Assembly: GCA_029762535.1 (NCBI GenBank)
Contig: JARVGK010000006.1
Location: 14,603 to 78,602, forward strand
Length of the DNA: 64,000 nucleotides
Source of the DNA: Thermoplasmatota archaeon
GTDB taxonomy: Archaea > Thermoplasmatota > Penumbrarchaeia > Penumbrarchaeales > Penumbrarchaeaceae
Direction: 5' to 3'
Shown piece after piece: positions 1-10,069 of this stretch (the stretch's first letter is position 1; each line of letters starts with the position of its first letter). Below the pieces are notes generated by a model that saw nothing but the letters and a program-made list of their open reading frames with translations, was not told the origin of the DNA and did no database searches. Position numbers and translations under genes: made by a program.

Positions 1-1094
1 CGGTATCTTAGCGTCAGATGTATCCCGTAATCTATTCCCAAAGCGATAACAAGGACCGGAACGGTGGTCAATGAGGGGTTGTTGTCAAAACCAAGCATAC
101 CCCCCGCTCCGAAAACCCAGATCACCGCCATGAAGAGGGCGATCACGTTTATGGCGATCTCGAAAGCATCCCTGAACACGAAAACAAGAACGACTATGAC
201 CATCACGAGAGCGAGCAGGAACAGTATCCCCATAGATCGCCCGGAAGCCTCGCTTATCCTCTCGCTTAAGAGCTCGTCGCCTATTGTGATGAAACTTATG
301 CCATCTACCTCGATATCCCCGACAATGGCATCGATCTCCTTTTCGGCCCTAAGCTTTTCGGACGGTTCGAGATCGTCCCTCAGCGATATTGAAATGAGTC
401 CCTTCTCAGAGGAGCCGGGACCGGGATCGAAATCCTTTGAAAGAATGAATTCTAGCGACCGGGCCATGGGCGCGGATCCCATCAGATAGGATATATCCGA
501 AGGATCGTATGGATCGAACGTCATAACAACGGGCATTGTGAAACAATCGATAACCATGAGGATCTCCCCGCCCTGGATGACGGTCCTCATCTCGTCGTGG
601 GTGAGGGAGAATCCCTTGGAAATGAAAGCGTTCATAAGCTTCTCCTCTTCGAGGCAGGACATGTTCGAGGACATCCCCGCTATCAATTGAGGGGCGACCT
701 CCATCGTCTTCACGTAGAATAGGGATTGGACAAGGACGGATGCGGGGCTTAAGACAGGTGAAGTGCCGTCTGGGGGGTAGAATAAAGCCCTCTCTGCCTC
801 TGAGGAGAATATACCCTCGGAGATATCGATCTGCGCCAGGATCGAGCCAGGATCCAAAACGTTGGTATCGGCCTTAATAAGGATGGATATCCTCCCGATA
901 GAGGATCCGAACTCCTCGTTCACCAACGTGTTCGCCCTGGATACCTCGTCGTCCGGAGTGAAGGCGTTCTCCTCCGTGGATTGCTCGAAGTACTGGGAGA
1001 AATATCCCATTACTATCGTTATGACCACTATGGTCGTAATGTAGGCCCATGGCCTTTTCGATATCGACCTGCCCAATATCTCAAGAATTCTCAT
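1..1094 (-). CDS. MMPL/RND-family exporter, N-terminal part (runs off the window start)
   Basis: Not in the ORF track. Manual translation from ATG 1094: MRILEILGRSISKRPWAYITTIVV..., a large extracytoplasmic loop, then TM helices ending LVIALGIDYGIHL (GxxxDYxIH MMPL motif). Frame is open to base 1. Confidence 0.85.
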   Translation of the reverse strand, partial: MRILEILGRSISKRPWAYITTIVVITIVMGYFSQYFEQSTEENAFTPDDEVSRANTLVNEEFGSSIGRISILIKADTNVLDPGSILAQIDISEGIFSSEAERALFYPPDGTSPVLSPASVLVQSLFYVKTMEVAPQLIAGMSSNMSCLEEEKLMNAFISKGFSLTHDEMRTVIQGGEILMVIDCFTMPVVMTFDPYDPSDISYLMGSAPMARSLEFILSKDFDPGPGSSEKGLISISLRDDLEPSEKLRAEKEIDAIVGDIEVDGISFITIGDELLSERISEASGRSMGILFLLALVMVIVVLVFVFRDAFEIAINVIALFMAVIWVFGAGGMLGFDNNPSLTTVPVLVIALGIDYGIHLTLRY

Positions 1095-1278
1095 TCGCCT
1101 CATACCCTTTGTCCTTTATAGATATGAACAACATAGGGAGGTATATAACTGGATTTCCATAAATGTAAGGGCAATATCGTGAATTTCCTGTGATAGTTCC
1201 CATTGTGAAATATCATGGCAGCTTTGGTGATATCGACCAAAGTTCGTTGGACCCTATCTATGCAATATTTGAGGTGGT

Positions 1279-4050
1279 TCATTCTTCATCTTTTGATCCC
1301 TTCCTCCTGCTTTTTAATATGAGAAAGAGCAGGAACCCAACAACGGCGATCAAAAAGACGGAGACCGTCAGTGAAGAGCATGCGATAAGGATTATCCCTC
1401 TGTCCCATGTCTCGGGATCCTGCGCCTCGCCATCCTCGGCCTCCACATCCAGGGTGAACTTATGCCATATGACGCTCTCCCCGTCCGTCGCCGTCAGATC
1501 CACGATATACGTCCCGGGGGCTGGATCCTGATACCTGATGATCCCCGACACGGACATGACGGTTATTCCGGACGATGGGGTGCTGGATATGGAATAGGTG
1601 ATCACATCGCCGGGATCCACGTCCAAGGCAAGGCATTCCGCCATGTAGTCCTGTCCCTCGCGAACGGTGGCATTAGCGGGCACGGTGAGCCAATACGGGG
1701 GATCGTTCACGTCGATGACATCAAGGCGGAACTCGATAATATCAAAACCCCCCTCCCCGTCCCTGACGGTGATCCTCAAATCGTATCTTCCGACATCATC
1801 GTTGGTCGGCACACCAGAGACCAGGTCATCTTCGAGAGATAACCATTCGGCATCCGTGACGAGTTCCCAGGTCAAGACCGTCTCCACCGGATCGATGTCG
1901 TAGGCCTCAAGGCGAAGGGAATATCGCTCGTCCTGTGATACAGAAGTAATCGGAGTGGTCGTTATCACAGGGGGATCGTTCACGTTCATCGCCTCCAGGG
2001 TGAAGTTCAGATGATCGTACCCTTCGTTACCGTCCTCAACTGTGACATTGACACAAAATATTCCGACATCGTCGTTCGTGGGAGTCCCGTTCAGGTAATC
2101 ACCTTCCAATGAGAGCCAGCCCGCATCCGTGGACACCGAGAACGACAGAATATCCCCGGTGGGATCCATGTCGTACGCCTCGAGATGAAGGGAATACATC
2201 TCGTCTTGAAGAACGCTCGTTATCGGTATGGTCGTTATCACCGGGGGATCGTTGACGTTCAATACATCCAATGTGAAGTTGAGGTTGTCCCATCCCCCGT
2301 TCCCGTCTTCCACGGTGATGTTCACCCAATAGGAACCGACATCTTCGTTCGAGGGAGTCCCGTTCAGGTAATTACCTTCCATTGAGAGCCAGTCGGCATC
2401 GGTGGATACCGAGAACGCCAGTACATCCCCGGTGGGATCTATATCGTAGGCCTCCAGATGCAGGGAGTACTCCTCATCCTGAAGAACACTAGTAACCGGT
2501 ACGGTCGTTATGACCGGAGGATCGTTGACGTTCACCACTTCCAGTACGAACGTCTTTGTGGTAACTCTTCCACCTGAGTCCTGTGCGTTGATGTTGATGT
2601 GGAAGGAGCCTACTTGTTCGTTCTCCGGGATGGCGCTCAGCGACCCTCCAGGCGAGATCGATATCCAATCGATTCCCGGATCCATCGACATGGTGAAGTT
2701 ATCGATCATTCCGGGGGTGTCGAATATTCGGACATGGGGAGACAGATCGAAAGAATAGGGTTCGTCCTCAAAGGCCGGGGGGATCCTCCCGATCGTGAAT
2801 ACGGGCGCATGCTCCGTCTCCCTCAGGAAGGGATAGCTTTCACCCTCAATGATATTCCATGTATCCACCATGTCCCAGGTGGATGAGGCGAACGTGGCAG
2901 AGCTTTTCATCAGGTACGTGCTCCTCCCGGCCCCCGAAGCGCTGGTGGTCCATCCGGATGTCTCGTTGTCGAAGAAGGAGTAAGGTGCGCCACCTCCGGA
3001 ACCGATCAGGCCTCCAGTGTGAGATCCGCCCGTTACCTTACCAACGCTGTAGCAGCGTGTCACGGTACTGCTTGTACCTACCAAACCTCCGACAAGATAG
3101 GTGCCAGTGACGTTCCCGGAGGCGTAGCAGTCGAAAACGGAGGAAGAGCTGAAGCCTATGAGACCGCCGATATCCGTTTTGGTCGAATAAACCTCCGAGG
3201 TCGAATAGCTCTTCCTGACCTGACTTGAATAAGAATAACCTATCAAGCCCCCGGTGAACGTTCCACCCTCCGCCTTTCCGGATGAACTGCAGAGCATAAC
3301 CTGACCGCTGGTGAGCTTCCCGATCAATCCTCCGACGTGATCGCCTGCGCTCCTGACGTCCGATCGGGAGTACGAACCCTCTATGATCCCGCCGGAGCCC
3401 TCCCCGATCAATCCTCCGATCGATGAACCGCCCGAACCATCCACCGTGCCCATCGCCGAGCATCCTTTCATACTTCCGGTGTTTAAGCCTACCAATCCAC
3501 CGCAGCGGGTCCTGCCCTTGACATCACCTATAAAATGAACGTTTACAAGCGTCCCCCTGTTGGTTCCGGTCAAGCCCCCTGCCGTGTTTTCACCCTCCAC
3601 GTAGGATACCTCCATCCTGAGGTTGGAGACCCTTCCGGAATCATCCACGTAAGCGAACATGCCCACATTGACAATGGATGAATCGTTGATGTAGAGTCCA
3701 TACACCGTATGGTTCCTGCCGTTTAGGGATCCCTCAAAAGGGTCCGTGGAGGACCCGATCGGCCTGAACCCCTTACCAGACCGCCATGCGACGGTCTCAG
3801 CGGCTTCGATGTCGTTCGCGAGAGCGTAATGGCCATCCAGGTCCTCCGAGATCATCTGAAGATGGGTCGCGTTCATAATTAGGTATGGATCTTCCATCGT
3901 CCCGGATCCCGATAGAGAGGACCATGCAATCGGTGCTAACTCATCAGGCGTATCGGCAGCTTGCAGGTTCGCCGATAGAAAAACCGTTCCAATTAACATA
4001 ACGAGCAATATACACATCGGCCTCATGGAAACGACCCGGCCTATTAGCAT
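1279..4050 (-). CDS. Cell-surface protein: GLUG-type repeats plus tandem Ig/cadherin-like domains and C-terminal TM anchor
   Basis: Signal peptide, GSGTxEDPYLI motif, many (V)GGLIG repeats, VNDPPVITT repeats, hydrophobic tail followed by KSRRK. Confidence 0.85.
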   Translation of the reverse strand: MLIGRVVSMRPMCILLVMLIGTVFLSANLQAADTPDELAPIAWSSLSGSGTMEDPYLIMNATHLQMISEDLDGHYALANDIEAAETVAWRSGKGFRPIGSSTDPFEGSLNGRNHTVYGLYINDSSIVNVGMFAYVDDSGRVSNLRMEVSYVEGENTAGGLTGTNRGTLVNVHFIGDVKGRTRCGGLVGLNTGSMKGCSAMGTVDGSGGSSIGGLIGEGSGGIIEGSYSRSDVRSAGDHVGGLIGKLTSGQVMLCSSSGKAEGGTFTGGLIGYSYSSQVRKSYSTSEVYSTKTDIGGLIGFSSSSVFDCYASGNVTGTYLVGGLVGTSSTVTRCYSVGKVTGGSHTGGLIGSGGGAPYSFFDNETSGWTTSASGAGRSTYLMKSSATFASSTWDMVDTWNIIEGESYPFLRETEHAPVFTIGRIPPAFEDEPYSFDLSPHVRIFDTPGMIDNFTMSMDPGIDWISISPGGSLSAIPENEQVGSFHININAQDSGGRVTTKTFVLEVVNVNDPPVITTVPVTSVLQDEEYSLHLEAYDIDPTGDVLAFSVSTDADWLSMEGNYLNGTPSNEDVGSYWVNITVEDGNGGWDNLNFTLDVLNVNDPPVITTIPITSVLQDEMYSLHLEAYDMDPTGDILSFSVSTDAGWLSLEGDYLNGTPTNDDVGIFCVNVTVEDGNEGYDHLNFTLEAMNVNDPPVITTTPITSVSQDERYSLRLEAYDIDPVETVLTWELVTDAEWLSLEDDLVSGVPTNDDVGRYDLRITVRDGEGGFDIIEFRLDVIDVNDPPYWLTVPANATVREGQDYMAECLALDVDPGDVITYSISSTPSSGITVMSVSGIIRYQDPAPGTYIVDLTATDGESVIWHKFTLDVEAEDGEAQDPETWDRGIILIACSSLTVSVFLIAVVGFLLFLILKSRRKGSKDEE
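1712..2531 (-). repeat. Three tandem ~273-nt intragenic repeats (91-aa Ig-like units)
   Basis: ggatcgtt(g/c)acg recurs near 1700, 1973, 2246 and 2519; the protein units VNDPPVITT...GxPxNxDVG are highly similar. Confidence 0.85.
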
Positions 4051-4280
4051 ACGATCGATATTTAATCGTTTCCGACACAGATCAATATCATCACGACCGA
4101 GGAGTTCTCATTAAGGCGGAGGGGAAAAAATCAATTCCATCCTATTTTTGTTTAGATAATACTTATTTATATTTCAACGAATAACCTCTAATAATATAAG
4201 TAAATTATATATAGCTTAAATAACAACTATATATGGTCTTAGCGGATCGTAGGTCCAAGGGTCATCACCAGGAGATAAAG

Positions 4281-6488
4281 ATGTTAAAACTCATAGTCGT
4301 ATCGAACCGGCTGCCCGTGAAGGTCAGGAAAAAGAAAAGCGGGATGGTCTTCGAGAAGGCGGTCGGAGGTCTCGCCTCTGGGCTGGGATCTTTCAGAGAT
4401 GCACATAAAATGCACTGGATCGGTTGGCCAGGGATCGCCAGGGAAAGATCGAATCGCTCAGAAAGGCATCATATAATCTCCGAACTTGCGAAGAAGAGAA
4501 TGACACCCGTATTCCTGACCAAGAAGGAGGTCGACGATCACTATCACGGCTTTTGCAACAAGACCATATGGCCTCTCTTCCACTATTTCACGCAGTATGC
4601 CGAATACGAACGCAGCTTCTACGATTCGTACAGGTCCGTTAACCGCTCCTTTATGGATGCTCTGAAAGAGGTATACAATAAAGGCGATCTTATCTGGGTA
4701 CATGACTACCATCTCATGCTCCTGCCCCGAATGATAAGGGAGGAGTTAGATGACCCGAACATCGGATTCTTCCTACACATTCCCTTTCCCTCATACGAAG
4801 TGTTCCGACTCTTTCCATGGAAAAAGGACCTCATGAACGGACTGCTTGGTTCGGACCTGATAGGTTTCCACACGTACGATTATGTGAACCATTTCCTAAA
4901 GAGCGCAAGGCGCATATTGGGGAACGAACACGAACTTGGCATGATCGAATGTCGTTCACATTACTGCAAGGTCGATGCCTTTCCGATGGGAATAGACTTC
5001 CAAAGGTTCACAACCGCCTCGAAAAGTCCATCCGTAAAACGCGAACAAAAGATCGTTCGTAATTCTGTCGGTGACAGAAGGATCATATTATCCATCGATA
5101 GGCTGGATTATACCAAAGGAATACTCTCAAGGCTCGAGTCCTATGACAGGTTCCTTGAGACCCATCCGGAATTCCAGGAAAAGGTCGCAATGATCCTGAT
5201 CGCTGTACCTTCAAGAGCTGAGGTGGATAGATACGAGCAGTTGAAATGTGAACTTGACATGAAGGTGGGGAATGTCCAAGGCAAATACGCAAGAATAGGA
5301 TGGGACCCCGTCTCTTACATTAACCGGTTTATTACGTACGACAGGCTCATGGCCTTGTACACCTCCGCTGACATTTGCCTTGTGACCCCACTTAGAGACG
5401 GCATGAACCTGATAGCGAAGGAATATGTGGCATCCAGAAATGATGAAAAAGGTATGTTGGTCCTTAGTGAAATGGCGGGCTCCGCACAGGAGATGGGCGA
5501 GGCCCTCATCGTCAACCCGAACGATCATGATGAGGTGGCCAATGCGATCTTTGTTGCGCTCACAATGTCTGAAGATGAGATGAGGGATCGCAACAGGTCA
5601 ATGCGCCGCAGGTTGATGAGATACGATATCAGGAAATGGGGAGAGGACTTCATCAGAGAAATGGAAGTTGTAAAGAAACATAACAAGGTAGCCCTCTCAA
5701 AAAGATTGTCACCAGAGATAAGAGATGGGATCATCGACGAATTCCGAAAAAAGGACAGAAGGCTGATACTACTTGATTATGACGGGACGCTCCTTCCCTT
5801 GCATCCCAGGCCTGATCAGGCAGGTCCCGATGATGAGATACTTGGAATACTTGGATCATTGACCTCGGACATCAGGAACAGGGTAGTCATCGTTTCCGGC
5901 AGGGACCGCAAGACCATGGATGATTGGCTTGGACATCTGGATTTGGGGATATGTGCGGAACATGGTGTGTGGTCAAGGGAGCATGGAATGGATTGGACAA
6001 TGCTTGAACCCATAGATTCACCCTGGAAGGATACTGTTCGCAGCCTACTTGAAGTATACTCCGACCGGACCCCAGGCTCGATCTTGGAGGAGAAGGACCA
6101 TTCCATCGCCTGGCATTACCGAAACTCGAATCCCGAGATCGCTTCGCTGAGGACGAAAGAGCTTATCGGCGATCTCTTCGAACTGACCACCAATCAGGAT
6201 GTTGCGATATTGGAAGGAGACAAGGTCATAGAGGTGAAGAGCCGCGGTATCAACAAAGGGAGAGGAGTGTTGAGATTTCTCAATGAAGAACAATGGAAAT
6301 ACATCATCGCTTTGGGCGATGATGTCACTGACGAGGATGTCTTCCAGGTTCTTCCCGAAGGGGCCTGCTCTATAAAAGTGGGTCTCAAGCCCAGCCGAGC
6401 GAGATATTCTATCGATTCGGTCAATGAGGTCAGGGAACTTCTAAAATGTTTCGTGGATGCCCCCAAAGACAACGAAAAGGTGTTATGA
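4281..6488 (+). CDS. otsAB: Bifunctional trehalose-6-phosphate synthase/phosphatase (TPSP, OtsA-OtsB fusion)
   Basis: VSNRLP, WVHDYHL, GFFLHIPFP, DRLDYTKG, RDGMNL (GT20) plus HAD motifs LDYDGTL and GDDVTDED. ATG 4281 follows GGAG. Confidence 0.95.
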   Translation: MLKLIVVSNRLPVKVRKKKSGMVFEKAVGGLASGLGSFRDAHKMHWIGWPGIARERSNRSERHHIISELAKKRMTPVFLTKKEVDDHYHGFCNKTIWPLFHYFTQYAEYERSFYDSYRSVNRSFMDALKEVYNKGDLIWVHDYHLMLLPRMIREELDDPNIGFFLHIPFPSYEVFRLFPWKKDLMNGLLGSDLIGFHTYDYVNHFLKSARRILGNEHELGMIECRSHYCKVDAFPMGIDFQRFTTASKSPSVKREQKIVRNSVGDRRIILSIDRLDYTKGILSRLESYDRFLETHPEFQEKVAMILIAVPSRAEVDRYEQLKCELDMKVGNVQGKYARIGWDPVSYINRFITYDRLMALYTSADICLVTPLRDGMNLIAKEYVASRNDEKGMLVLSEMAGSAQEMGEALIVNPNDHDEVANAIFVALTMSEDEMRDRNRSMRRRLMRYDIRKWGEDFIREMEVVKKHNKVALSKRLSPEIRDGIIDEFRKKDRRLILLDYDGTLLPLHPRPDQAGPDDEILGILGSLTSDIRNRVVIVSGRDRKTMDDWLGHLDLGICAEHGVWSREHGMDWTMLEPIDSPWKDTVRSLLEVYSDRTPGSILEEKDHSIAWHYRNSNPEIASLRTKELIGDLFELTTNQDVAILEGDKVIEVKSRGINKGRGVLRFLNEEQWKYIIALGDDVTDEDVFQVLPEGACSIKVGLKPSRARYSIDSVNEVRELLKCFVDAPKDNEKVL

Positions 6489-7705
6489 TGGTAAGATTGG
6501 ATGATTATATGGATATAGTTGATGATAGAACGATCGCCGAGATCTATCAAAAGGCGATGCCATTGATCGGAACGGACCTGGTTCACATAAATTCCACCTA
6601 TTATGGTGGAGGGGTGGCGGAGATATTGAAGGCTCTCGTTCCTTTAATGAACGATGTCGGTCTGGATGCTGGTTGGAGGGTCCTTCACGGTTATCCGGAG
6701 TTCTTCGGCATTACAAAATCGTTCCACAATGCCCTTCAGGGGGAGGCGGATATAGATCTATCCCCTGTTACAACTACCATTTATTCGGAGACGAATAAGG
6801 AATTCTCGATCTACACACATCTCAACCACGACTTCGTGATTATCCATGACCCGCAGCCTTTGCCTTTGATCAAGTACAACAGGAAAAAACAGCCCTGGTT
6901 CTGGAGATGCCATATAGACCTCTCGAACCCACACGATGGACTATGGAGAATGCTTCGAAGATATATCATCAGATATGATGAGGTCATAGTCTCGAATGAC
7001 TCCTACAAGAATCCGGACCTTCCCATCTCACAGACGATCATCTTCCCGGCGATAGATCCCCTTTCCCCAAAGAACATAGATCTGACGGATGACGAGGTGG
7101 ATTCCGAGATGGATAGGATGGGGATTGGAATGGATAAACCTATCGTAACACAAATTTCTAGGTTCGATAAATGGAAAGACCCTTTAGGGGTGATCGACAT
7201 TTACCTGAAGGTCAAACAAAGGGTGGACTGCAGGCTCATACTGTGTGGTTCGATGGCCTCCGACGATCCGGAAGGATACCGAATATACGATGCGGTCAAG
7301 GAAAAGGCCGCACAGCATATCGAGAGAGGGGACATATCCATAATCGTCAATGAGAAGGCCACTGCGGTCAACGCCCTTCAAAGAAGGTCCGACGTTGTGC
7401 TGCAGAAATCCCTCAAGGAAGGGTTCGGCCTCACCGCGACCGAGGCCATGTGGAAAGGTACTCCTGTGATCGCTTCGAAGGTCGGAGGTCTATCCATTCA
7501 GATCGAGGACGGGGAGAACGGGTGTCTTCTGGCCCCGCACGATATGGACGGTTTCGTGGACCGGACCGTGAAGCTTTTGAGGGACGATGAAATTCGAAGC
7601 CGTATGGGTGAGAAAGCCAGGGAGACGGTCCGAAAAAGATTCCTGATACCCCGTCTTCTCCTTGATTATCTGAACCTGTTGGGTAAGCATGTGAACAAAG
7701 GTTGA
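6485..7705 (+). CDS. treT: Trehalose glycosyltransferring synthase (TreT-like, GT4)
   Basis: HINSTYYGGGVAEIL, HDPQP, WRCHIDLS, SRFDKWKDP, EGFGLTATEA. ATGA overlap with the TPSP stop. Confidence 0.9.
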   Translation: MMVRLDDYMDIVDDRTIAEIYQKAMPLIGTDLVHINSTYYGGGVAEILKALVPLMNDVGLDAGWRVLHGYPEFFGITKSFHNALQGEADIDLSPVTTTIYSETNKEFSIYTHLNHDFVIIHDPQPLPLIKYNRKKQPWFWRCHIDLSNPHDGLWRMLRRYIIRYDEVIVSNDSYKNPDLPISQTIIFPAIDPLSPKNIDLTDDEVDSEMDRMGIGMDKPIVTQISRFDKWKDPLGVIDIYLKVKQRVDCRLILCGSMASDDPEGYRIYDAVKEKAAQHIERGDISIIVNEKATAVNALQRRSDVVLQKSLKEGFGLTATEAMWKGTPVIASKVGGLSIQIEDGENGCLLAPHDMDGFVDRTVKLLRDDEIRSRMGEKARETVRKRFLIPRLLLDYLNLLGKHVNKG

Positions 7706-8677
7706 TCATTTGTTGTCCTTCGCCCTTTCGAGGTCGGTAAGTATAGTATTCAATTTTTCCAGGAAACGCCATGCGATGATAAGTGTCGCTACTTCGGTTG
7801 GGGTAACGTGACCCCCTTTTCTCTTATTGCTTTCATCCTTTTCGATCCCGGTAAAATCCGATATTCGGTCCCTTATCGCGAATAAGCTGGCCTGGCTCAT
7901 CAGACCGTCCACCGTCAATACGTTGCATGGTTTTCCATAGTAATGGTCCGTCCCGAACTCCAGGGAGAAGTATCCTGTGGAGTTCGTGATCAGATCCGAC
8001 ATGTCGAAATTGAGGTCGATGTGCTCAACGGGCATGTCCGTCGATCTCATGATGAGCTTGACCTGCGGTCGAATAATATTATCATCGGAGTATCTCGAAG
8101 GCATTATGCGAACGACGATCTCCGCCCATATCTTTTGAATATCAATGAACTGCTTGAACAACGGTTCTCTGTCCAGTATCTCATTGAAGGCGTCCGAGCT
8201 GTCATGTCCGCGCTTCTCTACGTCCCTTTTCATCTTCCATTTCCATTTCACATCCCTTACAGGGTCGACGAATATCGAGAAATCCATCAGTTCCCTCAGC
8301 TCCTTAGTGTAGAGGGGATGGAGCCCTTCGACTATGATGACCCTCGTTGGTGAGAATACCTCTCTCGGTGCGAACCTGCCGGTGGAATGATCGTATATGG
8401 GTTTTATGATCTCCTTTCCAGACCTCAACTCGGATATGTGCTCCGCCATCAATTCGAGATCATTGTATCTAGGGTCCAACGGAAGATGGCCGGTTCTTTT
8501 TCGCGTCTCCCGGTCCTCGATGTGATAGTCGTCAAGGGATATGCTGGATACCATGTCCTGGCCAAGAATTTCCGTTATCCCTTTGGAGAATGTCGTCTTA
8601 CCGGAGCCGGAATCCCCTCCTATACCTACAATAATATGTGCATCGAGCTTATCGAGCCTTTCTTTTATGCTTTCCAT
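7706..8677 (-). CDS. prk: Phosphoribulokinase (archaeal/plant-cyanobacterial type)
   Basis: GDSGSGKTT P-loop, LDDYH, KPIYDHSTG, EGLHP, KxKRDVEKRGH, and a C-terminal extension longer than uridine kinase. Confidence 0.85.
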   Translation of the reverse strand: MESIKERLDKLDAHIIVGIGGDSGSGKTTFSKGITEILGQDMVSSISLDDYHIEDRETRKRTGHLPLDPRYNDLELMAEHISELRSGKEIIKPIYDHSTGRFAPREVFSPTRVIIVEGLHPLYTKELRELMDFSIFVDPVRDVKWKWKMKRDVEKRGHDSSDAFNEILDREPLFKQFIDIQKIWAEIVVRIMPSRYSDDNIIRPQVKLIMRSTDMPVEHIDLNFDMSDLITNSTGYFSLEFGTDHYYGKPCNVLTVDGLMSQASLFAIRDRISDFTGIEKDESNKRKGGHVTPTEVATLIIAWRFLEKLNTILTDLERAKDNK

Positions 8678-8833
8678 TTTATCACCTATATATTCTATCC
8701 TCTATCATTCATATAGGTTTCTATAGGATCGAATATGCCAAGCGAACTCCAGGTACAAATCTCAATATAAGTAGATCGCAATACCATGACGTTTAAATAT
8801 TCATGGGGCCTCTATGTGTCCCGGGGCACTTCC

Positions 8834-9562
8834 ATGAAGGACGCGATCTACCGCGGATACGCGGGACTGTTCATCGCCATGGCGCTTATCGCCCTGTGGT
8901 CGGCGAGCCTTGTCCTTCTTCTTCTGTGGGATCTCAAGGACGGCCCCTACTATCTCATACCCGTTGCGATGGCGTGGATGACCTTCCTGTATACCGGGCT
9001 CTTCATAACCGCCCACGATGCCATGCACAACAACGTCGTCCATGGGAAAAGGAAGCTCAACGATATCGTGGGCGGGATCTCCCTTTTCCTCTACGCGGCA
9101 TTCGATATGTCCCATCTCAAGGACAAGCACATGGCCCACCACCGATCCCCGGCGACAGAGGACGATCCCGACTATTATAAAGGCGGCAGGTCGGATCCCT
9201 TCAGATGGTATATTAAGTTCATGGGCAATTACCTCTCCTTCTTCCAGCTTTTCAGGATGTCGATCATATTCATCCTGCTCCTGCTCGTTCTTAGGGTCCA
9301 CATAGCCAACATCCTGCTCTTCTGGATCGCTCCGGCGTTCTTGAGCACGTTCCAGCTCTTCTACTTCGGGACCTACCTCCCCCATAAAGAACCTAAAGGA
9401 GGGTATGATAACGAACACAGGGCATCCAGCTCGAAGCTTCCGACTTTTTTGACCTTTCTCGCGTGCTACAACTTCGGGATCCACCGCGAGCATCACGAGA
9501 TGCCATACGTCCCCTGGTGGAGGCTTCCCCGCTTCAGATACGGGAAAGAGGCGAAAAGTTAA
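8834..9562 (+). CDS. crtW: Beta-carotene ketolase CrtW-like membrane di-iron oxygenase
   Basis: LYTGLFITAHDAMH, HMAHH..DDPDY, QLFYFGTYLPH, CYNFGIHREHH.PYVPWWRLP. Confidence 0.85.
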   Translation: MKDAIYRGYAGLFIAMALIALWSASLVLLLLWDLKDGPYYLIPVAMAWMTFLYTGLFITAHDAMHNNVVHGKRKLNDIVGGISLFLYAAFDMSHLKDKHMAHHRSPATEDDPDYYKGGRSDPFRWYIKFMGNYLSFFQLFRMSIIFILLLLVLRVHIANILLFWIAPAFLSTFQLFYFGTYLPHKEPKGGYDNEHRASSSKLPTFLTFLACYNFGIHREHHEMPYVPWWRLPRFRYGKEAKS

Positions 9563-9573
9563 AACTATGTAAT

Positions 9574-10017
9574 GTGCAATATACTTTCGGGGGTGCTAGA
9601 ACGGGTTCCATCGAGGAGATCGCCGAGAAGGTCGAGAAGATAAACGTTCCCAGGATCATGAGGAGGCGCTACGGGGACAGGGAAAAGTCCCTCAAGCAGA
9701 AAAAGGAGATCCAGACCGCTATAAAGCGCCTCAGGTTACTGAGAAAAAAAGCGCATGCCATCCACAAGGAACTGGTGCGATCCTACAAGCACAAGGTGGA
9801 TAACCCCGAGTTCAAGGAGAAGCTCTTGGGAGGTATAACGGACAAGTTCTTCACGCCCGAGGGATCCCCCAAATTCGAGAAGAGGAGGGAGGATAAGCTC
9901 ATGTCCGAGAAGAAGGAGCGGATCGATGCGATATACAAATTGAAGGCGTCGATCGATAAGGACATTGAGAAGCTGATCCTGAAGAGAAAGAGGATCGAAG
10001 CCTCGCTGAAGGATTGA
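9574..10017 (+). CDS. Hypothetical Lys/Glu-rich coiled-coil protein
   Basis: Open frame with host-like codon usage. Start uncertain (GTG 9574, ACG 9601 or ATG 9658). Confidence 0.65.
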   Translation: MQYTFGGARTGSIEEIAEKVEKINVPRIMRRRYGDREKSLKQKKEIQTAIKRLRLLRKKAHAIHKELVRSYKHKVDNPEFKEKLLGGITDKFFTPEGSPKFEKRREDKLMSEKKERIDAIYKLKASIDKDIEKLILKRKRIEASLKD

Positions 10018-10069
10018 GCGTTCACCATTCAGGTCCAACCATTTTATATGGGCCGATCCTTCAAGGCAC

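Noticed and set aside
64-1044. Plus-strand ORFs 64-489 and 862-1044
   Set aside because: Antisense shadows of the minus-strand MMPL gene.
1712-2531. Repeats as a CRISPR array or DGR
   Set aside because: In-frame coding repeats with no spacers, cas genes or reverse transcriptase.
9590-9603. Possible ACG start after GGGGTG for the coiled-coil ORF
   Set aside because: In-frame GTG (9574) and ATG (9658) exist and there is no homology anchor; too weak to count.
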